64,000 nt of DNA from an uncultured Woeseiaceae bacterium (GTDB lineage: Bacteria; Pseudomonadota; Gammaproteobacteria; Steroidobacterales; Woeseiaceae). A program made the position numbers and the translations under genes. The stretch is from the NCBI GenBank assembly GCA_964557165.1, contig CAZKZE010000005.1:2344-66343 (forward strand), read 5' to 3'. Shown here piece after piece: positions 10,674-20,085 of this stretch (the stretch's first letter is position 1; every line of letters starts with the position of its first letter). Below the pieces are notes generated by a model. It ran no database searches and was not told the DNA's origin. It saw only the letters and a program-made list of their open reading frames with translations.

Positions 10674-12193
10674 TGGTGATGGAAGCTGAAACAGATATTG
10701 TCCTTGAAACGGCGGAGGCAGCCGAGCCACAGGTTCGAAATACGCTGCCCTTCTCGTTCGCCAAGCGCCACGGCGTTCTCATCCGGGATCTCGATGACTC
10801 CGGTGGCGAAGCCGTCTATCGTGCTGGCGCGTCACCATTGAGCCTCGCCGAGGCGCGACGATTTGCAGGAGTTCCGCTCAAGATGTCGCGCGTTTCGGCG
10901 GAGGCATTCGACACGCTGCTGCAAGAATCCTACGAGCAGGACAGCACCAAAGCATCATCCATGGTCGACGGACTCGATGACGAATTCGACCTGACGCAAG
11001 TCGCACAGGAGCTGCAGGAGCCCTCCGATCTGCTCGAGAGCGACGACGACGCGCCGATCATTCGTTTCATCAACGCGGTGCTCACCGAAGCGATCAAGGA
11101 AAACGCTTCGGACGTTCACATAGAACCGTATGAGAACCGTCTTGGCGTGAGATTTCGCGTCGATGGCGTGTTGCGCGAGATACTGCAGACGCGTCGTGCC
11201 CTGGCGCCGCTGGTTGTCTCACGCATCAAGGTAATGTCGAAGCTCGACATCGCCGAGAAACGACTCCCGCAGGATGGCCGTATTTCATTGCGCATCGCTG
11301 GCCGCGCTGTTGATGTTCGTGTTTCGACGATGCCATCCGGGCACGGTGAGCGTGTCGTACTTCGCCTGCTTGACAAACAGGCAGGTCGCCTCGACCTGAT
11401 GTCGCTGGGCATGGACCCGGAGACCGAGAAGAAGACCGACGACCTGATTCACAAGCCTCACGGAATCATTCTCGTGACGGGTCCTACGGGCTCGGGTAAG
11501 ACGACGACGCTTTACGCGGCACTCGAGCGCATTAACGACAACACGCGCAATATCATGACGGTCGAAGATCCAATCGAGTACTTTATCGACGGCATTGGAC
11601 AGTCCCAGGTCAACACGAAGGTTGAAATGACCTTCGCACGTGGCTTGCGCGCCATTCTTCGACAGGACCCGGACGTCGTGATGGTGGGTGAGATTCGGGA
11701 TCTCGAAACGGCCGAAATTGCCGTACAGGCCAGCCTGACGGGACACCTCGTTCTGTCCACACTGCATACCAATACAGCGGCGGGCGCCGTGACGCGACTG
11801 CGCGATATGGGCGTCGAGCCTTTCCTGCTGTCGTCCAGCCTGCTCGGTGTGCTTGCGCAACGGCTGGTGCGTGTACTCGACGACGAGACTAAGGTCCCTT
11901 ACACGGCACGCGAATACGAATGCAAAATCCTGGGCGTTGATCCGGCCAACCCACCGACGCTGTACCACGCGGGCAACGTCCCCGGCGGCGGCTTCCATGG
12001 ACGTACGGGCATCTATGAGTTGATCACGGTCGATGACGAAATGCGGGAAATGATTCATGGCGGCGTCAGCGAGCAGGAACTCGATCGGCATGCACGCAAG
12101 ACCAGCCCGAGCATTCGTGCGGACGGACGACGCCAGGTCCTGCGAGGACATACGACACTCGAAGAAGTGTTGCGTGTCACCCGAGAAGACTAA
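10673..12193 (+). CDS. gspE: type II secretion system ATPase GspE
   Basis: 506 aa. N1E motif [13 protein letters not shown], Walker [16 protein letters not shown], Asp/His boxes ([16 protein letters not shown]; [12 protein letters not shown]). Confidence 0.92.
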   Translation: MVMEAETDIVLETAEAAEPQVRNTLPFSFAKRHGVLIRDLDDSGGEAVYRAGASPLSLAEARRFAGVPLKMSRVSAEAFDTLLQESYEQDSTKASSMVDGLDDEFDLTQVAQELQEPSDLLESDDDAPIIRFINAVLTEAIKENASDVHIEPYENRLGVRFRVDGVLREILQTRRALAPLVVSRIKVMSKLDIAEKRLPQDGRISLRIAGRAVDVRVSTMPSGHGERVVLRLLDKQAGRLDLMSLGMDPETEKKTDDLIHKPHGIILVTGPTGSGKTTTLYAALERINDNTRNIMTVEDPIEYFIDGIGQSQVNTKVEMTFARGLRAILRQDPDVVMVGEIRDLETAEIAVQASLTGHLVLSTLHTNTAAGAVTRLRDMGVEPFLLSSSLLGVLAQRLVRVLDDETKVPYTAREYECKILGVDPANPPTLYHAGNVPGGGFHGRTGIYELITVDDEMREMIHGGVSEQELDRHARKTSPSIRADGRRQVLRGHTTLEEVLRVTRED

Positions 12194-12211
12194 CGGTACT
12201 GGCGGAACCTG

Positions 12212-13426
12212 ATGGGAGCGTTCGAATACGTCGCAATGGACCAGTCCGGCAAGCAGTCCAAAGGAGTGCTTGAAGGGGATACACCGAAACACGTCCGCCA
12301 GATTTTGCGCGATCGGAGCCTGCTCCCGGTCAGTGTCACCGAGGTAGCCCAGAAAGAAGCGCGGCGGCAACGCAGCTTTTCCTTTCGGCGCGGGATGTCG
12401 TCCGGCGAACTCGCGCTGATCACGCGTCAGCTTGCATCACTGTCACAATCCGGATTACCGCTCGAAGAAGCCCTGCTCGCCGTCGCGCAACAGAATGACC
12501 AGCCGCGCACCAAGAGTATCCTGCTCGGGGTGCGCGCCAAAGTGATGGAAGGCCACACGCTCGCCGATGGCCTCAGCGAGTTTCCGCAGGCATTTCCTGA
12601 ACTCTATCGAGCGACGGTCGCCGCCGGCGAACAGTCGGGACACCTGGACGTCGTGCTCGAACGGCTCGCAGACTACACCGAAGCCCGACAGGAATTGCGG
12701 CAACGGGTCACGAACGCAATGATCTACCCGATCGCCCTGGTTGTGTTCTCAGTCGGCATCATCGCCTTCATGCTGGCGACTGTGGTACCGAAAATTGTCG
12801 GAGTATTCGAGAATACGTCGGCCGACCTGCCTGGCCTGACAGTCGCGATGATTACTACCAGCGACTTTCTCCGTGACTGGTGGCTACTGGTGATCATCGG
12901 CTTCGCCGCATTGTCCTGGCTGACGTGGTGGATTCTCCAGAAGGAAGGGCCGCGCAGGAGCTATCACAGCGCCCTGCTGCGCACGCCGATAGTTGGCCGA
13001 CTGACACGTGGCGTGAATACAGCACGTTTTACGCGCACGCTCAGTATTCTTGCGGGCAGTGGCGTGCCAATTCTCCAGGCCCTGAAGATCTCCGCCGAAG
13101 TTATCGAGAACGTGCCCATGCGCGATGCTGTGACCGAGGCGACCGTGCGTGTGCGCGAGGGTGCATCGATCAGCAAATCACTGGACGCGAGTAAGCTGTT
13201 TCCGCCGATGATGATCCACCTCGTATCGAGTGGTGAGGCCGGCGGCAGACTCGAGGAAATGCTGTCGCGGTCGGCCGCCGGGCAGGAACGCGAAGTCGAT
13301 GGCCTCATCGCCGCGCTGCTCGGCATCCTGCAGCCGCTCCTGATTGTGATCATGGGCGCAGTCGTTCTCACGATTGTGCTTGCAATTTTGCTCCCGATCT
13401 TTGAAATTAATAACCTGATCAGGTGA
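12212..13426 (+). CDS. gspF: type II secretion system inner-membrane platform protein GspF
   Basis: 404 aa with the duplicated T2SSF architecture. MGAFEYVAMDQSGKQSKGVLEGDTPKHVRQILRDRSLLPVSV start, three TM regions, PPMMIHLVSSGEAGGRLEEML. Confidence 0.92.
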   Translation: MGAFEYVAMDQSGKQSKGVLEGDTPKHVRQILRDRSLLPVSVTEVAQKEARRQRSFSFRRGMSSGELALITRQLASLSQSGLPLEEALLAVAQQNDQPRTKSILLGVRAKVMEGHTLADGLSEFPQAFPELYRATVAAGEQSGHLDVVLERLADYTEARQELRQRVTNAMIYPIALVVFSVGIIAFMLATVVPKIVGVFENTSADLPGLTVAMITTSDFLRDWWLLVIIGFAALSWLTWWILQKEGPRRSYHSALLRTPIVGRLTRGVNTARFTRTLSILAGSGVPILQALKISAEVIENVPMRDAVTEATVRVREGASISKSLDASKLFPPMMIHLVSSGEAGGRLEEMLSRSAAGQEREVDGLIAALLGILQPLLIVIMGAVVLTIVLAILLPIFEINNLIR

Positions 13427-13461
13427 TTTCTGGCTGACCTGCCTGTTGTGAGGAAGATGCA

Positions 13462-13761
13462 ATGATCGGTAACAACGGCGACAAAGTAGAAACAGATCTC
13501 GACGAGTCGGTAGACGAGGTTCGGGACGACGAGGTTCGGGACGACGACGCTACGTCGGAAGACGCTATGCCAGACATCGGTGGCGATACGGTTATCGATG
13601 TTTCGGGTGAGTTCAAGGCACTCGCTGAGAAGCTCGACAAGGAAGATCCGGACGAGGCGGAGCATAAGCGCGCGGTGCGTAAGCGCCTTGAAGAAATCGA
13701 GGAACAACGCGACAAGGAACTCGACAGTACCTTCAATTTCAATCTCGACGAAGACGTCTAG
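13462..13761 (+). CDS. small highly acidic hypothetical protein (99 aa, no signal peptide or TM); C-terminus resembles my recollection of the PA3496 small-protein family
   Basis: ORF with an Asp/Glu-rich N-half and a C-terminal KRAVRKRLEEIEEQRDKELDSTFNFNLDEDV. It follows gspF by 35 nt on the same strand. The antisense ORF 13419-13742 is Ser-rich low-complexity and less plausible. Confidence 0.5.
   Translation: MIGNNGDKVETDLDESVDEVRDDEVRDDDATSEDAMPDIGGDTVIDVSGEFKALAEKLDKEDPDEAEHKRAVRKRLEEIEEQRDKELDSTFNFNLDEDV
13513..13542. repeat. perfect in-frame 15-bp tandem duplication (gacgaggttcgggac x2; DEVRD-DEVRD)
   Basis: Read directly: 13513-13527 equals 13528-13542. Confidence 0.9.
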
Positions 13762-13767
13762 TTTTTC

Positions 13768-16700
13768 CTAACGAAAGTCCCTTGAGTGCACACTCAGGTC
13801 GCCGAGCAAATCGGAGTGATCGAACAATTGCCCTGCGATCACGTGTATCACCTGCCCTTCTATCTGTAATTCCCCGGAAACCCCAAGCAAGCGCGCGTTG
13901 AGCAGCGCCGCACGATACTGTTCTGCGACCTGTTTCCACAGCACGAGATTGATCTGTCCGGTCTCGTCCTCGAGTGTCACGAAAATCACGCCACTTGCTG
14001 TGCCGGGACGCTGCTTGGTAATCACCAGTCCCGCGACATTGACCTTCTGACCATCACCGAGCACCGGCAGTTGTTCCGCCTGCACATAGCGATAACGGTC
14101 GAGATGTCGCCGTAGCAGGCAAATCGGGTGGCGCTCCAGCGTCAGGCCTGTACTTCGATAGTCCGCCACAATGTTCTGTCCTTCGGTCGGCTTCTGCAGC
14201 AAAGGTGTCGCCTCGTAACGCGCCATGTTCGGAAACAGCAGCATGGGCTTCTCTGCGCCCGCAACAGCCCAGCGTGCGCGGTGTCGGTCCCCTGAGAGCG
14301 GCTGTAACGCGCCTGACGACGCCAATACGCCAAGCTCGCGCCGGTCCAGCCCGGCACGCTCGAGCAGGGCCTGTACCTGCGTGTACTCGCCGCTAACGCG
14401 CTCGGCAACAATACGCTGGCCAGCTTCCTCGGACAGCCCTTTGACCATCCTGAGTCCAAGGCGCAACGTGGCTGTGCCGGCTCCATCCGCTTCGAGCGAA
14501 CAATCCCAGCCGCTACGATTGATATCGACCGGCTGAACGATGACACCGTGGCGCTGAACGTCCTGGACGAGCTGCGACGCCGAGTAAAATCCCATTGGCT
14601 GGCTGTTCAGAAGCGCGCAGGTGAACGCTGCTGGCTCGTGACACTTGAGCCACGACGAGACGTACACAAGCAAGGCGAAGCTCGCCGAATGCGACTCGGG
14701 AAAACCATACTCGCCGAACCCCAGGATCTGCTGGAAGATCTGGCGCGCAAACCCTTCGTCATAACCACGCTCGCGCATGCCATTGATCAGCTTCTCCTCG
14801 AACGGTCCAAGCCCACCACGCCGCTTCCAGGCGGCCATGGCACGGCGCAGGCTATCTGCCTCGCCCGGCGTAAATCCGGCGGCCACCACCGCCAGTTGCA
14901 TGACCTGTTCCTGGAAGATCGGCACACCCAGCGTTCGTTGCAACACACCCTTCACTTCCTCACTCGGGTAGTCGACGGCCTCTTCACCATTCCGACGCCT
15001 GAGATACGGGTGCACCATGTCGCCCTGGATGGGCCCGGGACGAATAATTGCCACCTCGATAACGAGGTCGTAATAACAACGTGGTCGAAGCCTGGGCAGC
15101 ATCGTCATCTGTGCGCGCGACTCGATCTGAAAGACGCCCATCGTGTCCCCAGCGCAGATCATGTCGTACACCACCGGGTCTTCAGCCGGTACCGTGGCCA
15201 GCGTGTACTCACGACCGTCGAAATCCCGGATTAGATCGAAACTCCTGCGAATCGCTGTCAGCATGCCAAGACCCAGCACATCGACTTTCAGAAGACCGAG
15301 ATCCTCGAGATCATTCTTTTCCCACTGGATAACCGTGCGGTCCGGCATGGTTGCATTTTCGACGGGTACGAGTTCATGCAACGGCGCATCGGAAATAACA
15401 AAACCACCGACGTGCTGCGACAGGTGCCTTGGAAAACCGATCAGCTCCCCAACGAGGTACAGCAAGCGCTTGATGATGGGACTATCGGGGGCGAGACCCG
15501 CCTCGAGGATACGACTGTCGTCGACTTTGTGACCGTCCCACCACTGCATCGATCGCGACAAGCGACCGACCTGCAGGTCACTCAGGCCCAGCACCTTGCC
15601 AACATCGCGTAGCGCACTGCGTGGCCGGTACGTAATGACAGTTGCCGCGAGCGCCGCACGTTCGCGGCCGTACTTCGCATAGATGTACTGGATTACCTCT
15701 TCACGACGTTCGTGTTCGAAATCGACATCGATGTCCGGTGGCTCGTTACGCTCTTTCGAAATAAACCGTTCGACGAGCATCTCCATGCGCGCCGGATCAA
15801 CCTCTGTAATCCCAAGGCAAAAACAGACGGCCGAGTTTGCTGCCGATCCGCGCCCCTGGCACAGGATGTCCTGCGAGCGCGCAAACGCAACAATGTCGTA
15901 CACAGTCAGGAAGTATGGCTCGTAGTTGAGCTCCGCAATGAGTGCCAGTTCGTGCTCGATGAGCATCGCCACTTTGCGTGACACGCCCTGCGGCCAGCGT
16001 CGCCGCATTCCTGCCTCGGTCAGCTTACGCAGGTAGGTCGCAGAGGTTTCGCCCTCAGGAATGATTTCGTTCGGGTATTCGTAACGCAACTCATCGAGTG
16101 AGAAATCAATGGCATCGGCAATGCGCACGGTTTCTTCGAGCAGGTCAGCCGGGTAGACGCGTTGCAGCACATCGAGCGAACGCAGGTGTCGTTCACCGTT
16201 CGGATACAAGGCAAAGCCGGCATTGTCGATCGTGGTGCCGTACCGTATTGCCGTCACCGTATCCTGCAGGATGCGTCGTGCCCGACAATGCATGTGCACG
16301 TCACCGCTGGCTACGAGTGGCAATTTGAGGCGGCGCCCTTCTTCGCGCAATCTCGCAAGCTGTTCGCGCTGTCGCCCGTCCGCCAGTAACTCAACCGCAA
16401 TCCACAAACGATCGCGAAACGTCTCTCGAATCCAGTGGTCTTCGACATCGAGCGTGTAGTCCTGGTCAGGAACCCACAACACGAGACAATCCGGCAGCCC
16501 GTCCTCAAAGGCAAGACGCGTCAGTTCATAACTGCCCTTCTCCGCCGCGCGGCGCGCCATGGTGATCAGACGGCATAGCGACGTATAACCGTTCTGGTTG
16601 CGAGCCAACGCGACCAGCTTGCGGCCACTGCGCAAACGCAACTCCGCACCGATAATCAGCTTCTTTAGCCCAGCCTCTTTGGCAACCGCATGGGCGCGCA

Positions 16701-16848
16701 CGATACCCGACATCGAGCATTCATCGGTGATTGCGAGTGCCTCGTAACCGAGTTTTGCCGCGGTCTCGACGAGTTCTTCGGGATGCGAGGCACCGCGCAG
16801 GAAGGTGAAGTTACTGAGCGCGTGTAATTCCGCGTAGCGACGGGACAT
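13768..16848 (-). CDS. dnaE2: error-prone DNA polymerase III alpha-like subunit DnaE2 (ImuC)
   Basis: 1026 aa. PHP start MSRRYAELHALSNFTFLRGASHPEELV, Pol III alpha core (FQIESRAQMTMLPRLRP; IIRPGPIQGDMVHPY), OB fold at the C-terminus. Last gene of the lexA-imuA-imuB cassette. Confidence 0.92.
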   Translation of the reverse strand: MSRRYAELHALSNFTFLRGASHPEELVETAAKLGYEALAITDECSMSGIVRAHAVAKEAGLKKLIIGAELRLRSGRKLVALARNQNGYTSLCRLITMARRAAEKGSYELTRLAFEDGLPDCLVLWVPDQDYTLDVEDHWIRETFRDRLWIAVELLADGRQREQLARLREEGRRLKLPLVASGDVHMHCRARRILQDTVTAIRYGTTIDNAGFALYPNGERHLRSLDVLQRVYPADLLEETVRIADAIDFSLDELRYEYPNEIIPEGETSATYLRKLTEAGMRRRWPQGVSRKVAMLIEHELALIAELNYEPYFLTVYDIVAFARSQDILCQGRGSAANSAVCFCLGITEVDPARMEMLVERFISKERNEPPDIDVDFEHERREEVIQYIYAKYGRERAALAATVITYRPRSALRDVGKVLGLSDLQVGRLSRSMQWWDGHKVDDSRILEAGLAPDSPIIKRLLYLVGELIGFPRHLSQHVGGFVISDAPLHELVPVENATMPDRTVIQWEKNDLEDLGLLKVDVLGLGMLTAIRRSFDLIRDFDGREYTLATVPAEDPVVYDMICAGDTMGVFQIESRAQMTMLPRLRPRCYYDLVIEVAIIRPGPIQGDMVHPYLRRRNGEEAVDYPSEEVKGVLQRTLGVPIFQEQVMQLAVVAAGFTPGEADSLRRAMAAWKRRGGLGPFEEKLINGMRERGYDEGFARQIFQQILGFGEYGFPESHSASFALLVYVSSWLKCHEPAAFTCALLNSQPMGFYSASQLVQDVQRHGVIVQPVDINRSGWDCSLEADGAGTATLRLGLRMVKGLSEEAGQRIVAERVSGEYTQVQALLERAGLDRRELGVLASSGALQPLSGDRHRARWAVAGAEKPMLLFPNMARYEATPLLQKPTEGQNIVADYRSTGLTLERHPICLLRRHLDRYRYVQAEQLPVLGDGQKVNVAGLVITKQRPGTASGVIFVTLEDETGQINLVLWKQVAEQYRAALLNARLLGVSGELQIEGQVIHVIAGQLFDHSDLLGDLSVHSRDFR

Positions 16849-16859
16849 GGCGGAGGCTT

Positions 16860-18506
16860 TTAACCAAAGTACCCATGCAGGTACCAGGAGGATTCGCCGG
16901 ATGATTTGTAATCGCGGTCGCGCTTACGATTTCGAAATACCCATAGTCGCCTGCCGTCCTGGCCTGCCGCCGTGTAGTAGTCACGAGAAATACCGTCCGC
17001 GTCCCACCAGCCGGTTTCGAGGCGCTCGGGGCCATCAATGAATCGCAGGCGACAGCCCTGGTGGACAGGATAACCACTGTCAGCAGGCAACAAGGCCGGC
17101 TCGGGCAGCATCCATAGCGGGCGCTGCAGGTACCGCGGGGGCTCGTCCAGCGTGTTGCTCGACCAGTCCGAAAGCAGGCTCTGGGAGCTCCAGGCATAGT
17201 GCGGCCGGTGCTCGGCCACCATGGACGTTGCCTGTACCGATTGGTCACCGATACGCGCGATGAGCCGCTCCGCGAGTTGCGTGATCGAAAACCGCCGTTG
17301 CTGTGTCCCGGGTTTGCCCTGGAAGTTCAAGATTGCCGACTCCGCCTGCAGCGCTTGTGCCATGCCACTGCGCAAGCGTACGGCGATAACCGGTTCAGGC
17401 AGTACCAATTGCTCAAAACGAATACCCAGCAACTCGAACCAGCGGCTGGCCGAGCGTTCCGCCTGGGCGCAACCGAGACGCAGTTCCGTCGCCGGTCCCT
17501 TGAGATGGAAAAAACTGAAACTTAGACGCTGCGCCCCGAGTTGGCGCGCCAGCAAGAATTGCTCATGTGACTGCAGCAGCTCATTACAAATATTGAGCAG
17601 CACCTCGCGATCGATTTGCTCTTCGGTCATCTCGTAATCCACACAAAACCGTTCGGGGGCACGCCAGGAATTACGTGGGTCGGGCAAATGGCCGAGCGCC
17701 CGATCGAGTGCGAGCAAATATTCGGCGCCAAAGCGCCGTGTAAATCCTTCTCGCGGCAGGCGCAGGCAATCACCAACCGTGGTCACACCCATTCCCGTCA
17801 GTGCCTCGCACAACGTGGCCGGCCAATTGAGGCAGGTAATCGACAGTTTGCGTAAGGCCGGCACCAGGTTTGTTTCATCGCGTACGCAGACACGGTGCCC
17901 GGAGCGCGCCAGCCAGGTTGCCGCAAGCGGCGTCGGCGCAATCGCAGGCGATGCTGTAAACCCGAGTTCCCGCAGGCCTGCAGAAATTTTTTGCCGCAAT
18001 TCCTGTAAACCATCAAACAAACGCAGGCTACCCGCGATCTCGAGTAGCAACACGTTCTGATCGGCAATGGAGACAAACGATGAAAATCGTTCCAGCCAGG
18101 TCGCCAGTCCTTCAAGTGCCTGCTGTTCGCGGAGCAAACTACGCTCTTCGAGTTCCAGACCTGGCAGTAATGCAAGCGCTGCGTTGGCAGCCTGCCCCGG
18201 CATCACGCCGGCAGCGCGGGCCTCGGCATCGGCCAGCAGGATACGGTGAATGCCGTGTTGTTCCTCGACCACAGCTGTCGCACCATCTGAGGACCTGTTT
18301 GCTTCCAGCGGCAGGTGCGGCAGCCACACGCAAAACCACAGCCGCTCCACGGCTGCAGGAGCGGCCACTGGCCGCGACTTGTCGCGAACCGAAACCTCCT
18401 GGCGGCCGATGGCCGCTCCTACGAGCGGCAGGTCCTGCTGTACCGCAGGGGAAGTCGGGGCAACGTCCCGCCCCATGACGGGTGGTTTGCAGGCCCGTGA
18501 TTTCAT
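16860..18506 (-). CDS. imuB: Y-family-polymerase-like translesion protein ImuB (the N-terminal ~52 residues may not be translated)
   Basis: 548 aa. The conserved start-like block ERLWFCVWLPHLPLEA occurs at residue ~54; a GTG at 18350-18348 is an alternative start. ATG at 18506 abuts the imuA stop (TAAATG). Sits between imuA and dnaE2. Confidence 0.85.
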   Translation of the reverse strand: MKSRACKPPVMGRDVAPTSPAVQQDLPLVGAAIGRQEVSVRDKSRPVAAPAAVERLWFCVWLPHLPLEANRSSDGATAVVEEQHGIHRILLADAEARAAGVMPGQAANAALALLPGLELEERSLLREQQALEGLATWLERFSSFVSIADQNVLLLEIAGSLRLFDGLQELRQKISAGLRELGFTASPAIAPTPLAATWLARSGHRVCVRDETNLVPALRKLSITCLNWPATLCEALTGMGVTTVGDCLRLPREGFTRRFGAEYLLALDRALGHLPDPRNSWRAPERFCVDYEMTEEQIDREVLLNICNELLQSHEQFLLARQLGAQRLSFSFFHLKGPATELRLGCAQAERSASRWFELLGIRFEQLVLPEPVIAVRLRSGMAQALQAESAILNFQGKPGTQQRRFSITQLAERLIARIGDQSVQATSMVAEHRPHYAWSSQSLLSDWSSNTLDEPPRYLQRPLWMLPEPALLPADSGYPVHQGCRLRFIDGPERLETGWWDADGISRDYYTAAGQDGRRLWVFRNRKRDRDYKSSGESSWYLHGYFG

Positions 18507-19139
18507 TTACAGAAGCTGACTGATAACCGTCGGGCGACCGCCACGACTTTTGAGAATCTGTACGCGCGTACCCTGTCCATTCGAATGCAGTTCAAGACGC
18601 AATGCCGCTGCCGAGTTTTGCTGGCGTGCGGCCAGGGGCCGAAACGCGATAGCCCAGCTGCCACCTTTCTCGGCAGCCAGTTGCAACCGCCGGCTCGCCT
18701 GGTCATCAAGCGTTTCCGGCCACAGCAACACGGCAGCACAGGTCCCCGATGACAAGGCTTGCTCGGCCGACCAGAGTATCTCGTTGGCATTTTTAGGGCG
18801 CACGATAAGCATCCGCGATAAATCGATACCGCATTGCTGCAATGCAGGCGGGTACGGCTGGAACGGGGGCGCTACCCAGGCAAGCCAGCCGGGCTCGGTG
18901 AAATCATGTTGTGGTGATTCGGTGCTGAGTCTTGCAAGTGCCGGCATCAGCAGGCGCAGCTCGCCAATGCCGTAATGTGCGGTCAGGATTTCGGTCAGTG
19001 ACGCGGGCGGCCAGCCTCCCCCGGGCAGGTGCCTGTCGAGCTCCGCATAGCCGGTCGGCAGTCCTGCCTTCTGTCCGGCCTGGTCACGTCCGCGCCAGAC
19101 ACGCGGGCTCTCCAGTAGTTTGTCGAGCGACGATGACAA
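18507..19139 (-). CDS. imuA: SulA/RecA-fold translesion-associated protein ImuA
   Basis: 210 aa. GLPTGYAELDRHLPGGGWPPASLTEIL...GIGELRLLMPALARL...LSRMLIVRP...EILWSAEQALSSGTCAAVLLW is the SulA/ImuA pattern. The position between lexA and imuB favours ImuA over a division inhibitor. Confidence 0.75.
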   Translation of the reverse strand: MSSSLDKLLESPRVWRGRDQAGQKAGLPTGYAELDRHLPGGGWPPASLTEILTAHYGIGELRLLMPALARLSTESPQHDFTEPGWLAWVAPPFQPYPPALQQCGIDLSRMLIVRPKNANEILWSAEQALSSGTCAAVLLWPETLDDQASRRLQLAAEKGGSWAIAFRPLAARQQNSAAALRLELHSNGQGTRVQILKSRGGRPTVISQLL

Positions 19140-19142
19140 TGC

Positions 19143-19760
19143 TCAATGCAACGGCAGGCCGTCGCGAATGACGCCAACAACGACGCCTTCGATGACCAGT
19201 GACTGCTCCTTGAGATCAACTTCGATAGGTTCGAACTCATCGTTCTCGGGCAAGAGCGATACCAGTGACCCATTCTGGCGGTAACGCTTGACCGTCACCT
19301 CGTCATCGAGACGCGCAACGATAATCTGCCGGCTGCGCACTTCCGGCGTGCGATGCACCGCAACGAGGTCCCCGTCGAGAATGCCCGCATCTTTCATACT
19401 CATACCATGCACGCGCAACAAGTAGTGCGGTTTGGGATTAAACAGCTGTGGATCGATTTTGTAATGTGCCTCGATATGCTCCTGCGCGAGGATCGGGCTG
19501 CCCGCCGCAACACGACCGACCAGCGGCAAGCCCATCTGGTCACGCAGTGAATCCTTGAGTTGAATACCACGCGAGGCACCCGGCAGGAGTTCGAGCGCCC
19601 CCTTTCTCTGCAGGGCACGGAGATGCTCTTCAGCCGCGTTGGCGGATTTGAAACCGAGTTGTCGCGCGATCTCGGCGCGCGTCGGTGGCATACCGGTCTC
19701 AGAGATAAACTCTTGAATCATCTCGAGAATTTGCTTTTGTCTGGGGGTTAGTTCGCGCAT
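19143..19760 (-). CDS. lexA: LexA repressor
   Basis: 205 aa. Winged HTH start [37 protein letters not shown], cleavage site [15 protein letters not shown], catalytic GMSMKDAGI and [13 protein letters not shown]. Confidence 0.95.
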   Translation of the reverse strand: MRELTPRQKQILEMIQEFISETGMPPTRAEIARQLGFKSANAAEEHLRALQRKGALELLPGASRGIQLKDSLRDQMGLPLVGRVAAGSPILAQEHIEAHYKIDPQLFNPKPHYLLRVHGMSMKDAGILDGDLVAVHRTPEVRSRQIIVARLDDEVTVKRYRQNGSLVSLLPENDEFEPIEVDLKEQSLVIEGVVVGVIRDGLPLH

Positions 19761-19771
19761 TTGAGCAGTTC

Positions 19772-19787
19772 CTGTATGGATTCACAG
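19772..19787. promoter_or_regulatory. SOS box 1 (CTGTATGGATTCACAG; CTG-N10-CAG)
   Basis: Perfect match to the gammaproteobacterial CTGT-N8-ACAG pattern, 12 nt upstream of the lexA ATG. Confidence 0.85.
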
Positions 19788-19790
19788 TAT

Positions 19791-19806
19791 ATGGGATTAT
19801 ATACAG
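19791..19806. promoter_or_regulatory. SOS box 2 (reads CTGTATATAATCCCAT on the lexA strand; one mismatch in the distal CAG)
   Basis: Overlaps the TATAAT -10 hexamer. The arrangement of two tandem boxes resembles E. coli lexA. Confidence 0.65.
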
Positions 19807-19823
19807 TACCCAGCCTGGTGCAA
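19796..19823 (-). promoter_or_regulatory. candidate sigma-70 promoter of lexA-imuA-imuB-dnaE2 (-35 TTGCAC, 16-nt spacer, -10 TATAAT)
   Basis: Hexamers read on the minus strand: TATAAT at 19801-19796 and TTGCAC at 19823-19818. Confidence 0.5.
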
Positions 19824-20085
19824 CATCAAAATCGAACTACCGCAGGAGCGCGCCTGCAGGAACCCGTCTTACGGGTGAAGCGCAAGCAGCCGCCGCCGAG
19901 CGGCGGCTTTTCAAGGTCGGTCATTGAGGTGGCTTGGAGAATCGCCCGCAAGGCGGGCTCCTACAACTATCTATTTGTCGCTATCCACAGACAAAAGACA
20001 ATAAAAACAGGAGTTTTCATTGCAGCAGCGGGCCGTTTGGGAAATAATGCGCCTGCAGTTTTACCCAACAAAGGAACCTTCCAAA

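Noticed and set aside
11285-12370. 361-aa minus-strand ORF
   Set aside because: It is antisense to gspE, whose motifs are unambiguous. It is a typical GC-rich shadow ORF.
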